Assembly: GCA_965219995.1 (NCBI GenBank)
Contig: CBDCOX010000002.1
Span: forward strand, 608,001 to 672,000
Source of the DNA: Candidatus Latescibacterota bacterium
GTDB lineage: Bacteria; Latescibacterota; UBA2968; GCA-2709665
Direction: 5' to 3'
DNA length: 64,000 nucleotides
The notes below the pieces were generated by a model that saw nothing but the letters and a program-made list of their open reading frames with translations, was not told the origin of the DNA and made no database searches. The translations under genes were made by a program, and so were the position numbers. Shown here in pieces: positions 10,852 to 22,041 of this stretch. The number at the start of each line of letters is the position of its first letter. The first letter of the stretch is position 1.

Positions 10852-11289
10852 ATGCACGAGGTGAATTATCTTGCTGTGTTGATTGCCGGTATCGTCCCGA
10901 TGGTTGTCGGCGCCATCTGGTACGGGCCGTTGTTCGGAAAGCGCTGGCTCGTATACATGGAGACCACCGAAGAGGAGATACGCAGGGATTTCAATCCCCT
11001 GAAGACGTACGGGGCGAGTTTTGTGCTTGCGTTGCTCACCGCGTTCATTCTGGCACAGCTGATCGCCGGCATGGGCGGTCCGAAGGACGTATCCTCTCTC
11101 CCGGGGAGCGGGGGCGATTCAATGGTCGGGGTCCACATGGCGCTGATGGCGCTGATCGCCTTCGTGCTCCCGGTCGCCTACCAGTCGGTGGCCTTCGAGG
11201 GGCGGAAGGCGGGTCTGTTCTGGCTCAGCCTGGGATACAACGGAGTGGCGCTGATCGGGCAGGGCATCGTAATTGCGCTCTGGCGGTGA
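10852..11289 (+). CDS. DUF1761 family membrane protein
   Basis: NYLAVL.A......GAIWYGPLFGKRW signature; RBS GGAGGAGG. Confidence 0.8.
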   Translation: MHEVNYLAVLIAGIVPMVVGAIWYGPLFGKRWLVYMETTEEEIRRDFNPLKTYGASFVLALLTAFILAQLIAGMGGPKDVSSLPGSGGDSMVGVHMALMALIAFVLPVAYQSVAFEGRKAGLFWLSLGYNGVALIGQGIVIALWR

Positions 11290-11337
11290 CGCGCGTGGCC
11301 GCGTACGCGCCATTCCGGAATTCGGATCTGCAAACGG

Positions 11338-12027
11338 TCAGTCGGAGGCGACGGCCGTTTTTTCGTCCATAGCGAGGCCGTCCAGGGTATAGCGTTCGAC
11401 CGGGACGGACTGTTGAACAAGCCTGTGGCGGGCGGCAAATGCGGATTTGACCCGTGAACCGAGGAGAACGCAGATGAAGAACACGGCCCCACCGGCGAGC
11501 ATGAGGTGGGTGAGATTCAGGAGGTTTCCGATCAGAACAAAGAGCAGGTACCGGGGAAATCGTCCGAAGAACACGGCGACCACGTATCGATGGAGCGGAT
11601 AGCCGCTGGCGGGACTGAGGATCCGGAAAATGTAGAACGGGATGAACGGGACCAGCGCCGCGAACCAGATCGCAAAGAAGGGCGCTTTCAAGAAATAATA
11701 CACCGCGCCTTTGTAGACGTCGCTCTCGCGGGTCCGCCTGATCCTGGCGTTGCGAAACGCGAAGTTAACGGCCCGGTAATCCACGAAGCATGCGATCATC
11801 GTTCCGGCGACGGCGGCAAGAGCGGCCACTGCGGGATGGTATGAACGGCCGAAATAAACCAGCGCGGGTTCGTGCGGGAACGGAATGAACGAGTTGGAGG
11901 GAATGCTGTAGAAGAAGAGAAGCGAAAGGTCGCGATAGTCCGGCAACAGGAACCCGGCAACGCCCGCTGCTGAAAACACACCGGCCGCCGCGCAGAGAAA
12001 CCGTTTCCAGCCTTTGCTCATCTCCAT
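11338..12027 (-). CDS. DedA/VTT-domain-like membrane protein
   Basis: Hydrophobic; IPFPHEP, P.IPFYIFR, FFGRFPRY motifs. Confidence 0.65.
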   Translation of the reverse strand: MEMSKGWKRFLCAAAGVFSAAGVAGFLLPDYRDLSLLFFYSIPSNSFIPFPHEPALVYFGRSYHPAVAALAAVAGTMIACFVDYRAVNFAFRNARIRRTRESDVYKGAVYYFLKAPFFAIWFAALVPFIPFYIFRILSPASGYPLHRYVVAVFFGRFPRYLLFVLIGNLLNLTHLMLAGGAVFFICVLLGSRVKSAFAARHRLVQQSVPVERYTLDGLAMDEKTAVASD

Positions 12028-12171
12028 TACCGGAAAACCCCTGTTTCGGTGGGAAGTTCTTTCGCGAAAATATAAGTGAAGCTTTTAATTTTGTCAACTC
12101 ATTTTCAGTTGACATTCTGGAATTCGCCCCACTTCAGTTTTTGAAATGTTTCCTTGCAGCGGATAGGTTTT

Positions 12172-13524
12172 CTAAAACGTGCTCTCCGACGTTGTTCCCG
12201 GACACCAGCGGGCCGTGGCCAACGCCGGGATGAGGGCATTCAACGCCGCGGGCGTGCCGATGCGTCTGAGCGCTTCGGCCGCGTTGCCCCGTGCGTAACG
12301 GTTGCCGTCCGCCAGCCCGTCACGCAGTTCGGGAACGGCGGATTCGGCCGCCGGTCCCAGTTTCGCCAGGGCGAGTGCGGCTGTGCGGCGCACGTCCCCG
12401 TCGGTATCCTTCATCTGTTTCTTCAATCCTGAGACCGCCGCCGGTTCCGCACGGGCGATATTTCCGAGGGCTTCCGCGGACCAACGGCGGATCTCGGCGT
12501 CTTCGTGTCTGAGCGTTTCGACCAGACACGGGACGGCCGCCTCGGCGCCCCTGCCGATATCCGCCAGGAGCTCAACCGCCATGGCCGTGTCTCGGCCAAG
12601 CCCGTCGATGATGCTCGGCACCGCGGACGCGCCTACGGCGCTGAGGGCATAGGCCGCGTTGCGCCGAACGGATTCGGACCCGCCGACCACACGTTTCATG
12701 AGGGTGGGAACAGCAGTTTCTCCCGTCGCGGCGAGGCGATAGGCGGCATTCAGTGCGGTGTCTTCGTCGGCGTGCTCCAGGTCCCGTGCGAGATCGTCGA
12801 TCGGCGTGTTGCCGCCGTTTGCGGACGAACGTCCCCTATGCCACTGCCACAGGTGGTCCCAGAGCGGCGTTCGTATCTCCGCGTCGTCCCAGGCTGCCGG
12901 CCCCGGTTGTCCCGACGGAGCATGCTTCCAGCTTGCCTCATCGGGTTCCTGCATCCGTGCGAACAGGAACTTCATCATATAGCGAGACCGTTCGGTGGAA
13001 TTGGGCATGGCGCGGTGCCACAGGTCGTAATGGACGATTGTAACGTCGCCGGCATCTCCGCAAAGCGCCAGTTCTCTTCCGTCTTCCGCGTCATACGTAT
13101 TGTTGAAGTGACTTCCCGGCACGACGCCGGTCGGCCCGAGGCGCAATGGCGTGGGCTGGGGATAATAGAAGGCCATGGCCCATCGCGTGTGGTGGTGACG
13201 CCGGTTCCAGCCGTCCATGTGCATACGCTGACCGGTGCTTCCCGGCGGGTTGCAATGGCAGTGGCGGTGAGGATGCATGTAATAGTCAGCGCCAAGCAGT
13301 CCGGTAAGTGCGCCTGCCACGTTGGGATCGTCGAAGACCCGCCTGATTTCCGGCAGCCGAGGCAGAAGGTTGTTCCCGGGATTGCCCTCTTTCTCGAATA
13401 TGGCATCGGTACGTTCGTAGACGTCACGATGGAATTCCGGCGGAAGCGCCGTCTTGACGGTAATGAACCCGTTGACGACGTAGAACCGCATCTGTTCGTC
13501 CGTAAGGAGCTTGACGTCAGACAT
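12172..13524 (-). CDS. Phytanoyl-CoA dioxygenase (PhyH) family domain fused to HEAT repeats
   Basis: HMD facial triad, GPTGVVPGSH, HYDLWHRA; C-terminal repeats VRRNAAYAL, IRRWSAEALG, VRRTAALAL, ARGNAAEAL. Confidence 0.85.
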   Translation of the reverse strand: MSDVKLLTDEQMRFYVVNGFITVKTALPPEFHRDVYERTDAIFEKEGNPGNNLLPRLPEIRRVFDDPNVAGALTGLLGADYYMHPHRHCHCNPPGSTGQRMHMDGWNRRHHHTRWAMAFYYPQPTPLRLGPTGVVPGSHFNNTYDAEDGRELALCGDAGDVTIVHYDLWHRAMPNSTERSRYMMKFLFARMQEPDEASWKHAPSGQPGPAAWDDAEIRTPLWDHLWQWHRGRSSANGGNTPIDDLARDLEHADEDTALNAAYRLAATGETAVPTLMKRVVGGSESVRRNAAYALSAVGASAVPSIIDGLGRDTAMAVELLADIGRGAEAAVPCLVETLRHEDAEIRRWSAEALGNIARAEPAAVSGLKKQMKDTDGDVRRTAALALAKLGPAAESAVPELRDGLADGNRYARGNAAEALRRIGTPAALNALIPALATARWCPGTTSESTF

Positions 13525-13538
13525 GGGAGAACCTCCGA

Positions 13539-14726
<1,188 letters not shown>

Positions 14727-14783
14727 TTTGCGTGTCCCTTTCCGGGAATCCGGGATTCCGCGCAGCCCGGCCCGAACCTGAAG

Positions 14784-14822
14784 AAATAAAGAAACAGGGG
14801 GCGTTGATCCGTCCCCCTGTTT
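14784..14822 (-). terminator. Intrinsic terminator after glnA
   Basis: AAACAGGGGG/CCCCCTGTTT stem with a T-rich tail on the minus strand. Confidence 0.65.
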
Positions 14823-14852
14823 GCGAACCGCGTTTTTTCCAGGCGTATGGGT

Positions 14853-16271
14853 TTACGCGTCGAAATACAGCGCGAATTCATAAGGATGCGGCCTCAATCG
14901 CATCTCGTCGATCTCGTTCTTTCGCTTGTAGTCGATCCAGTGGTCGACCACGTCCTGGGTGAAGACGTTGCCCTTGAGGAGGAATTCGTGATCGGCCTCG
15001 AGCGCGTTGATGGCTTCTTCCAGCGATCCGGGGGTCTGAGGGACGCTGGCCAGTTCTTCCGGTTCCAGTTCGTAGAGGTCCTTGTCCAGGGGTTCACCCG
15101 GATCGATCTGGTTCTCGATCCCGTCCAGGCCGGCCATGAGCATGGCGGCAAAGGCCAGGTACGGATTGCATGACGGGTCGGGGCAGCGGAACTCGATCCG
15201 CTTGGCCCTCGGGCTGGGCGAATACATCGGGATCCGGATGCAGGCGCTGCGGTTGCGCCGGGAATAGGCCAGGTTTACCGGGGCCTCGTATCCGGGCACC
15301 AGGCGTTTGTAGGAGTTGGTGGTGGGCGCGACGAAAGCCAGCAGCGCGTGCGCGTGCTTGAGGATTCCGCCGGCATAGTGCAGCGCCATGTCGCTCAGAC
15401 CGGCGTACTCGGAACCCGCGAAGAGGGGTTCGCCGTTTTTCCACAGGCTCTGGTGTACGTGCATTCCCGTACCGTTGTCTTCGAAAAGTGGCTTGGGCAT
15501 GAAGGTAGCGGTCTTGCCGTGTTTCCTTGCGGTGTTTTTTACGATATACTTGTAGAGAATCAGCTGATCGGCGCACGCCAGCATCGGCGCGAACCGGAAG
15601 TCGATTTCTCCCTGGCCGCCGGTCGCCACCTCGTGATGGTGGGCTTCGACATTGATTCCGCAGTTGAGCATATGCAGGACCATCTCACTCCGGATATCCT
15701 GGAGGCTGTCGGTGGGCGGCACCGGGAAATACCCCTCCTTGTAGCGGGGCTTGTAACCCAGGTTCGGCTGCTCGTCGCGGCCGGTGTTCCAGCGGCCTTC
15801 AATCGAATCGACGTAATAATAACCCGAACTATTCGTCTGGTCGAAGCGGATATCGTCGAAAACGAAGAACTCCGCCTCCGGGCCGAACGTGGCCTCGTCG
15901 GCGATCCCCGAGGATTTGAGATAATTTTCGGCCTTTCGCGCGACGGTTCTCGGGTCCCGGGTATAAAGGTCTCTCGTGATCGGGTCTTCGATTTCGCAGA
16001 ACAAGACGAGCGTGGAAACCTCGAGGAAGGGATCGACAAACGCCGTATCCGCGTCGGGCATCACGAGCAGGTCGCTCTCGTCGATGGATTGCCAGCCGCG
16101 CATGCTGGACCCGTCGAAGCCGAGTCCGTCTTCGAAGGTGTCCGCTTCGACCTCGTTCGCGGGCACGGAAAAGTGCTGCCAGAGACCCGGATAGTCCGTA
16201 AACCGGAAATCCACGATCTTTACGTCATTATCCTTGATCATATCAAGGACGTCTTGAGGCGTTTTGCCCAT
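14853..16271 (-). CDS. glnA: Glutamine synthetase type I
   Basis: [50 protein letters not shown]; adenylylation site KDLYEL. Confidence 0.97.
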   Translation of the reverse strand: MGKTPQDVLDMIKDNDVKIVDFRFTDYPGLWQHFSVPANEVEADTFEDGLGFDGSSMRGWQSIDESDLLVMPDADTAFVDPFLEVSTLVLFCEIEDPITRDLYTRDPRTVARKAENYLKSSGIADEATFGPEAEFFVFDDIRFDQTNSSGYYYVDSIEGRWNTGRDEQPNLGYKPRYKEGYFPVPPTDSLQDIRSEMVLHMLNCGINVEAHHHEVATGGQGEIDFRFAPMLACADQLILYKYIVKNTARKHGKTATFMPKPLFEDNGTGMHVHQSLWKNGEPLFAGSEYAGLSDMALHYAGGILKHAHALLAFVAPTTNSYKRLVPGYEAPVNLAYSRRNRSACIRIPMYSPSPRAKRIEFRCPDPSCNPYLAFAAMLMAGLDGIENQIDPGEPLDKDLYELEPEELASVPQTPGSLEEAINALEADHEFLLKGNVFTQDVVDHWIDYKRKNEIDEMRLRPHPYEFALYFDA

Positions 16272-16507
16272 GCTGCCGCTCCTTTCGGGTGTGGGTCGTT
16301 GAATGTCTCCACAAGTGTCAAAACGGATTTCGAATGGCGCAAATATACGGGCGATATGTTTCGGATAGATTTCAAATAGGTTAAATATATATTAATAGCG
16401 TTGTCGGTCCGCAAGGGCGCGTACCTGCGAACGGTGCGATATCATCGTTGTTTCAATACCGGCACGGAGGCGGGGATCACGGCCGCCCCGGTTATGCGGC
16501 AAAGGGC

Positions 16508-16536
16508 TTGACAATGCAATTGCGTTCGCTTATCAT
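16508..16536 (+). promoter_or_regulatory. Sigma70-type promoter of the hrcA-grpE-dnaJ operon
   Basis: TTGACA-17 nt-TATCAT. Confidence 0.7.
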
Positions 16537-16790
16537 TTCTGGGTAGTTCCGGACTGCCGGTTTCGAAGCTCGAAACTGCCCCCCCATCGGGGTGGCGTTG
16601 TCGCATGGCATTCAATGAACGACGCCTTTCAAGTTGTCCTTTCTCCCCCGGAAGAAGCCGTCTGAAGACGCGGGCTGATCGTTTGTCACTCACCACGCAT
16701 CTCCTCCGGCCCCGCGGTCATTTGCTGACGCCTTGTGTTCTGTCCCGGTATCCATTTGCAGGACGGGACACGCAAAAAGGGGTGGGTCGT

Positions 16791-17822
16791 ATGTTCCAGT
16801 TACAGCAGCGGGAAGCAGCCATACTGAATATCCTCATCAGTACCCATGTCAATACCGGCGAGCCGGTCGGTTCGCGCGCCATCGCCAGGTCGGGGCTGGG
16901 TCTCAGTCCCGCCACGGTGCGCAACTCGATGGCCGATCTGGAGGAGAAGGGCCTGCTGACCCATCCGCACACGTCGGCCGGTCGCGTGCCTACCGATAAG
17001 GGCTACCGCTATTACGTCGACAGGGTGATGCCCAGACAGACGCTTGAGGAGGAGGAACGCGAACAGATCCGCGAGCGGGTACGGGCATACGTACGGGAGG
17101 GCGACGTCGAGGTTCTGCTTGAGCAGATGTCGAGACTGATCGCCGATCTTTCGATGAATCTCGGAATGGTACTCTCGCCCAGGTTCGAGCAGGGGGTATT
17201 CGACAGGCTGGAAATGGTCCATCTGTCGGAGGGCAGGCTGCTGCTGGTGCTTGCAATCAAATCGGGCCTTGTGAAGACAATGGTCATGGAGGTGGACTCG
17301 GCGATCACGCCCGGCGAACTCGACGAGACGTCACGGGCGGTGAACGAACGCCTTTCCGGGCTCAGCGTGGCGGACATCAGGGATTCTGTCGCCGAGCGGC
17401 TCCGTGAGGTCTCGAGCGGGTCTCCCAGACTGCTTCGTGTGCTGTGCGACAGCGCGTCCAACCTCTTCCGGTTCCAGAGCGGCACGGACCTGCATTTCGG
17501 CGGGGCCGGCAACTTTATCATGCAGCCGGAATTCAACCGAAAGCAAAACGACCTGGCCGCCCTCATGGAATTGCTGGAAGCCCGGGAACCGATGATTACC
17601 ATCCTGGACGAACGGACCGAACGGGACGGGATTTCCGTCACGATCGGCACGGAAAACGGTCCGCCGCAACTTCGGGGCTGCAGCGTGCTGACGTCGCGAT
17701 ACCGGGTTGGCGCCATTTCCGGGGTAATCGGGTTGATCGGCCCGACCCGGATTCCGTACGCAAGGCTGATTCCATTAACCCGTTACATGGCGGCGCTGGC
17801 CGAGGAAATGCTGGATCATTAG
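16791..17822 (+). CDS. hrcA: Heat-inducible transcription repressor HrcA
   Basis: EPVGSR, SPATVRNSMADLE, PHTSAGRVPTDKGYRYYVD, IGPTRIPY. Confidence 0.95.
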   Translation: MFQLQQREAAILNILISTHVNTGEPVGSRAIARSGLGLSPATVRNSMADLEEKGLLTHPHTSAGRVPTDKGYRYYVDRVMPRQTLEEEEREQIRERVRAYVREGDVEVLLEQMSRLIADLSMNLGMVLSPRFEQGVFDRLEMVHLSEGRLLLVLAIKSGLVKTMVMEVDSAITPGELDETSRAVNERLSGLSVADIRDSVAERLREVSSGSPRLLRVLCDSASNLFRFQSGTDLHFGGAGNFIMQPEFNRKQNDLAALMELLEAREPMITILDERTERDGISVTIGTENGPPQLRGCSVLTSRYRVGAISGVIGLIGPTRIPYARLIPLTRYMAALAEEMLDH

Positions 17823-17843
17823 CAGGAGGACAACCACGCACAT

Positions 17844-18461
17844 ATGGCGGAATCTGACGAAGTCAACGGCAAGGAAGGCTGCGAGGAAACCAGCGAAGCG
17901 GAAGTTCGCGAGGACGGGGAAGCGTCCGGGGAAGAAGACGCGCCGGACCCGCTCGAGGAAGCGCTCCGGGAGTCTGAAGAGTACAGGGATCGGTGGATGC
18001 GGCTGGCGGCGGAGTTCGAGAATTACAAGAAACGGAGGTCGAGGGAATTCGATGCCCTGGTTCATTCGGCCAGCGAAAACCTCATTCGGGAACTGCTGCC
18101 GGTCCTCGACTCGGTTGCGCGAGCGCTGGAACACCGCGACGACGGCGAGGAAGAGTCCGACGGTTTCAAACAGGGCGTCACCATGATCATGGAGCAATTT
18201 CCCAAGGTCCTCGAGCGCCGGGGCCTTTCCGAGATCGACGCTCTTGGCCGGCCGTTCGACCCCAACTATCATGAAGCGTTGATGCAGATGTCTTCAGACG
18301 AACACGCGGAGGGGCTGGTGATGGGCGTGGTGGATCGGGGGTACCGCCTGGGAGACAAGGTGATCCGGCCTGCAAAGGTCGTTGTGAGCGGCGGGAGTGC
18401 GGCAAAGGAACCCGATAGCGAAGAAGACGCCGGGAAAGAGTCTGAAGCGCGGGAATCCTGA
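17844..18461 (+). CDS. grpE: Nucleotide exchange factor GrpE
   Basis: [39 protein letters not shown]. Confidence 0.95.
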   Translation: MAESDEVNGKEGCEETSEAEVREDGEASGEEDAPDPLEEALRESEEYRDRWMRLAAEFENYKKRRSREFDALVHSASENLIRELLPVLDSVARALEHRDDGEEESDGFKQGVTMIMEQFPKVLERRGLSEIDALGRPFDPNYHEALMQMSSDEHAEGLVMGVVDRGYRLGDKVIRPAKVVVSGGSAAKEPDSEEDAGKESEARES

Positions 18462-18474
18462 GCAGGAACGGAAA

Positions 18475-19632
18475 ATGTCCAAACGCGACTATTATGAGGT
18501 CCTCGGACTGCAACGGGAAGCATCCGAGAACGAGATCAAAAAAGCCTATCGCAAACAGGCGATGAAATTTCACCCCGATCGGAACGCCGGCGATGAGGAG
18601 GCCGCGGCCAGTTTCAAGGAGGCCGCCGAGGCGTACGAGGTCCTGAGCGATGCCCAGAAACGCCGGGTGTACGACCAGTATGGGCATGCGGGCCTGGGCG
18701 GCCCGTTCCAGGGCGGTGGATTTCAATGGTCCGACTTCACGCATGCGACCGACTTCGAGGATATTTTCTCCAACCTCGACGACGTGTTCGGAGGCGGGAT
18801 TCTGGGCGATCTGTTCGGCCGTCGCGGCGGCCGGCGGGGCCCTCAGCGCGGGGAAGACCTCCGCATTCCGCTCCGGCTGACCCTCGAGGAGATTGCGTCC
18901 GGCGTCCAGAAGAAGATCCGGTTCGCCCGGATGGACCGGTGCGACACATGCGGTGGAACCGGGGCCCGGTCCGGGTCGGCCGCCACTACCTGCAGCGTCT
19001 GCAACGGCATGGGGCAGGTGCGCCAGGCCACGCGTTCGCTTTTCGGGCAGTTTGTGAACGTCACCACGTGCCCTCAGTGCAACGGAGAGGGCAGGGTGAT
19101 CGGCGACCGTTGCTTCGACTGCGGGGGCGACGGCAGGGCGAAGAAGACCGTCAGTCTGTCCGTGAACATACCGGCGGGCGTCACCGACGGAAACTATATC
19201 CCGTTGCGGGGCCAGGGCAGCGTCGGGCCGCGGGACGGCGAAGCCGGCGACTGCATGGTGCTGATCGAAGAGGAGGAGCACGAGTATTTCGAACGGCATG
19301 GCAACGATATTCTCTATGAGTTGCCGATCAGTTTCAGCCAGGCGGCGCTCGGCGCCGAGGTCACTGTGCCCACGTTGAGCAGCAGGGCGGAAATGAAGAT
19401 ACCTCCGGGAACGCAGTCCGGGCAGGTCTTTCGTCTGAAGGGCAAGGGGATCCCCGAGTTGAACGGGTATCGGACCGGAGACCAGCTCGTACGCGTGATG
19501 GTCTGGACCCCCGCCCGTCTCAATGAGGAAGAGAAGACGTTGTTCAGGCAACTCGCCGAACTCGAGAATATCCAGCCGCCCGAGGGCGGCAAGGGGATAT
19601 TCGAACGCATGAAGGAGGCGTTTGGCGGGTAA
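18475..19632 (+). CDS. dnaJ: Chaperone DnaJ
   Basis: [13 protein letters not shown] region, four CxxCxGxG repeats. Confidence 0.97.
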   Translation: MSKRDYYEVLGLQREASENEIKKAYRKQAMKFHPDRNAGDEEAAASFKEAAEAYEVLSDAQKRRVYDQYGHAGLGGPFQGGGFQWSDFTHATDFEDIFSNLDDVFGGGILGDLFGRRGGRRGPQRGEDLRIPLRLTLEEIASGVQKKIRFARMDRCDTCGGTGARSGSAATTCSVCNGMGQVRQATRSLFGQFVNVTTCPQCNGEGRVIGDRCFDCGGDGRAKKTVSLSVNIPAGVTDGNYIPLRGQGSVGPRDGEAGDCMVLIEEEEHEYFERHGNDILYELPISFSQAALGAEVTVPTLSSRAEMKIPPGTQSGQVFRLKGKGIPELNGYRTGDQLVRVMVWTPARLNEEEKTLFRQLAELENIQPPEGGKGIFERMKEAFGG

Positions 19633-19707
19633 GGCAAGGTTCGCGCGGGCGCCGGACTCTGCAGCCGGGGACGTCGGACCCGCTGTCATTGGATCGTCGA
19701 ATCTACT

Positions 19708-21144
19708 TCAGGTCAGCCCTGGAAACAGGGGCTGGCCTTTTCTGATCTCAACCCTCGAGAAACCGGTTTCGATTCGTTCAGCCGTGCCCGGGAGAAAGGG
19801 TCTCAGGACCCATGAAATGGCGCGGACCGATCCCACCCAGGCCGAGAGGTGTTGTTCGAGCTTCCCGGCCCTTTGCCCTTTCAGAAGTTCCCATGGGCGT
19901 ACCGCGTCGATTTCACGGTTCATGTCGTCCACGCGCCCCCAGACTGTCTTGAGGGCCCCGGCAAAGTCGAAACGGTCCAGCGCGTCCGTCACGTCCGGCG
20001 GAACCCGGAATTCGGGCGTTGCCGCCCGACCGTAACCGCACCTTTCGCAGAGAGATTCGAGCCGTCGCACGAGATTGCCCAGGCCGTTCGCCAGGTCGGT
20101 TCTGTAGATTTGCCGAAGTCCGGCTTCGGAGACGTCACTGTCTCCTCCGGAACGGACGGCGCGCAGGAGGTAGTAGCGGACGGCGTCAGGGCCGTATCGC
20201 CGGATCAGCGGGAATGGATCCACGGCGTTGTCCAGCGACTTGCCGATCTTGCGGCCTTCAACGGTCAGATGGCCGTGGACGAAGACGGCCCGGGGCAGCG
20301 GCAGGCCGGCTGAGAGCAGCATGGCGGGCCAGTAGACGGCGTGGAATTTGAGGATGTCCTTTCCGATGACGTGGACCTTGTCGGGACAGTCACGCCAGTA
20401 GCGTCCGAAATCTCCACTGTCCGAGCCGTAGCCGAGTCCCGTGAGGTAGTTGGTCAGAGCGTCGAACCAGACGTATACGACCTGGGTCGGATCGCCGGGC
20501 ACGGGCACGCCCCAGCCACCGGACCGATTCCGATTGCGGGAAACGCTGAAGTCCCGCAGGCCCTGCCTGATGAACCCCAGCGCTTCGTTTCTCCGCGTTT
20601 CCGGGAGTATCCGAAGCTCCCCGGATGTGATAAGGTCTTCCAGCGCCTCTTGATAGGAGGACAGGCGGAAGAAATAGTTCGTTTCTTCGACGGTCTCGGG
20701 TTCGACACCGTGAACAGGACACCGACCGTCCGAAAGGTCCCGTTCCAGGTAGAAGTCCTCGCATCCCACGCAATACAGACCGCGGTACTGTTTGAGGAAG
20801 ACGTCCTCCTGCCGGCAGGCCGACCAGAATCGGGATGCGCCGAGGACGTGGGTGTCCGTCGAGGAGCGAATGAAGCGGTCGAACGAGATGTCGAGGGCTT
20901 CGGCGAGGTTTTTGAAGACAGCGGCATTCCGCTCGCAGAGTTGACGCGGCTTCAGGCCTTCCCTGGCGGCGGCCTGCACGTTTTTGAATGCATTTTCGTC
21001 GGTCCCGGTCAGGAAGAACGTGTCGTGGCCCAGAAGCCGGCGCCACCTGGCGATCACGTCGGCCTGTACCAGCTCCAGTGCGAAGCCCAGATGGGGGCGG
21101 GCGTTGACGTAAGGGATGGAAGTCGACACATAGGAAGTCTCCAT
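19708..21144 (-). CDS. metG: Methionine--tRNA ligase, short atypical form (HLGF and KIGKS motifs)
   Basis: IPYVNARPHLG, FLTGTDE, YCVGCE zinc knuckle, YVWFDAL.NY, IGKDILKFHAVYWPAML, LANGLGNLV.R; RBS AAAGGA. Confidence 0.9.
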   Translation of the reverse strand: METSYVSTSIPYVNARPHLGFALELVQADVIARWRRLLGHDTFFLTGTDENAFKNVQAAAREGLKPRQLCERNAAVFKNLAEALDISFDRFIRSSTDTHVLGASRFWSACRQEDVFLKQYRGLYCVGCEDFYLERDLSDGRCPVHGVEPETVEETNYFFRLSSYQEALEDLITSGELRILPETRRNEALGFIRQGLRDFSVSRNRNRSGGWGVPVPGDPTQVVYVWFDALTNYLTGLGYGSDSGDFGRYWRDCPDKVHVIGKDILKFHAVYWPAMLLSAGLPLPRAVFVHGHLTVEGRKIGKSLDNAVDPFPLIRRYGPDAVRYYLLRAVRSGGDSDVSEAGLRQIYRTDLANGLGNLVRRLESLCERCGYGRAATPEFRVPPDVTDALDRFDFAGALKTVWGRVDDMNREIDAVRPWELLKGQRAGKLEQHLSAWVGSVRAISWVLRPFLPGTAERIETGFSRVEIRKGQPLFPGLT

Positions 21145-21164
21145 GGCATGTCCTTTCCAATTGC

Positions 21165-21201
21165 AAAAAAAACCCACCGCCGATGAATCGGCGGTGGGTT
21201 T
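21165..21201 (-). terminator. Attenuator terminator in the metG leader
   Basis: Perfect inverted repeat AAACCCACCGCCGAT/ATCGGCGGTGGGTTT with a run of 8 T on the minus strand, about 20 nt before the metG start. Confidence 0.9.
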
Positions 21202-21229
21202 GTCGGTTCGAATCTACGTGTGATTCAGT

Positions 21230-21388
21230 TCAGGTCAGGGGATGTTTCGCCGCCGAAGTTCCGGAAGTAAAGGTGGCCATCATGTACATGGGAATATCGA
21301 CGGCGCCAGTCCGCGTCGCGTCGTTCGGTACGGCTGAGGATCGCCGGGGTTTTGGCGATCCGTCATTTGAGAATTGAACAGACGTCAT
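21230..21388 (-). CDS. Putative 52-aa metG leader peptide with a Met cluster (MYMM)
   Basis: RBS CAGGAG, then MTSVQFSNDGSPKPRRSSAVPNDATRTGAVDIPMYMMATFTSGTSAAKHPLT*; lies between promoter and terminator. Confidence 0.75.
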   Translation of the reverse strand: MTSVQFSNDGSPKPRRSSAVPNDATRTGAVDIPMYMMATFTSGTSAAKHPLT

Positions 21389-21415
21389 TCCAGTCTCCTG
21401 TATTCGGTACGAGAG

Positions 21416-21444
21416 AATATAGAATGCGGGCCACGAATTGTCAA
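21416..21444 (-). promoter_or_regulatory. Sigma70-type promoter of leader-metG
   Basis: TTGACA-17 nt-TATATT on the minus strand. Confidence 0.75.
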
Positions 21445-21477
21445 GTCCAGTGGGTTTTGTTGTACAGTCATTCTAGG

Positions 21478-21880
21478 CGACGTCAAAAAGCACCTATCGA
21501 AACGTGGTCATTGAGCTTGTCGAAATGCCCGTATTCCGGAATTCCGTCGACACACACGCCGTCTCGTCATGCCCTTCTGGCCGCAAACGTGCCGCCTTCC
21601 AGGCTCGCGATACGTACCAATCACGCAGCCATCAACCGATGCCGCAGTAGATCCTTCGTCGGCCGGCCTGCCAATAATTCTCTGGCAGGCCGGCTTCCTC
21701 AGGATGACAGTTTTGGCAAACGTGTGACTGAACCGTCTCGCTTTATGGATATTGCAAAACCTGTCATTCTGAGCGCAGCGAAGAATCTCCCGTCTTCTCA
21801 ATCGTCCCGGACACAGCAACGCGGGAAACACATTGGCGCGGACACATCACCGGTTTGACGGCCTCCTCATGATGGCAGTC
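21478..21880. repeat. Composite REP/MITE-like element, copy 1
   Basis: Modules GGTCATTGAGCTTGTCGAAATGCCC, CCTCAGGATGACAG and TGTCATTCTGAGCGCAGCGAAGAATCTCCCGTCTTC; colinear with the reverse complement of 56254-56628. Confidence 0.75.
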
Positions 21881-22041
21881 AGATTGCCGATTCTGCATCT
21901 TACCCTTGTCCTTTTCTCGGTATGGGCTTACATTGACGCAGACGGGAAAACCGGCGGCCGGCATCACGGTTTCCCGATTTCGCGCCTCTACAGGGCGTAG
22001 AATTACTCGTGCGAACACCTTGAAGGAATAGGGGACCGCTT

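Noticed and set aside
16409-16425. Sigma54-like site upstream of glnA (GGTACGCGCCCTTGC on the minus strand)
   Set aside because: GG-to-GC spacing is 11 nt rather than the required 10
16683-16709. CIRCE-like half site TTGTCACTC
   Set aside because: The second half GAGTGCTAA is absent at the 9-nt spacing
21145-21420. T-box or SAM riboswitch upstream of metG
   Set aside because: No T-box consensus or SAM-I core seen on the coding strand; the leader-peptide model fits better
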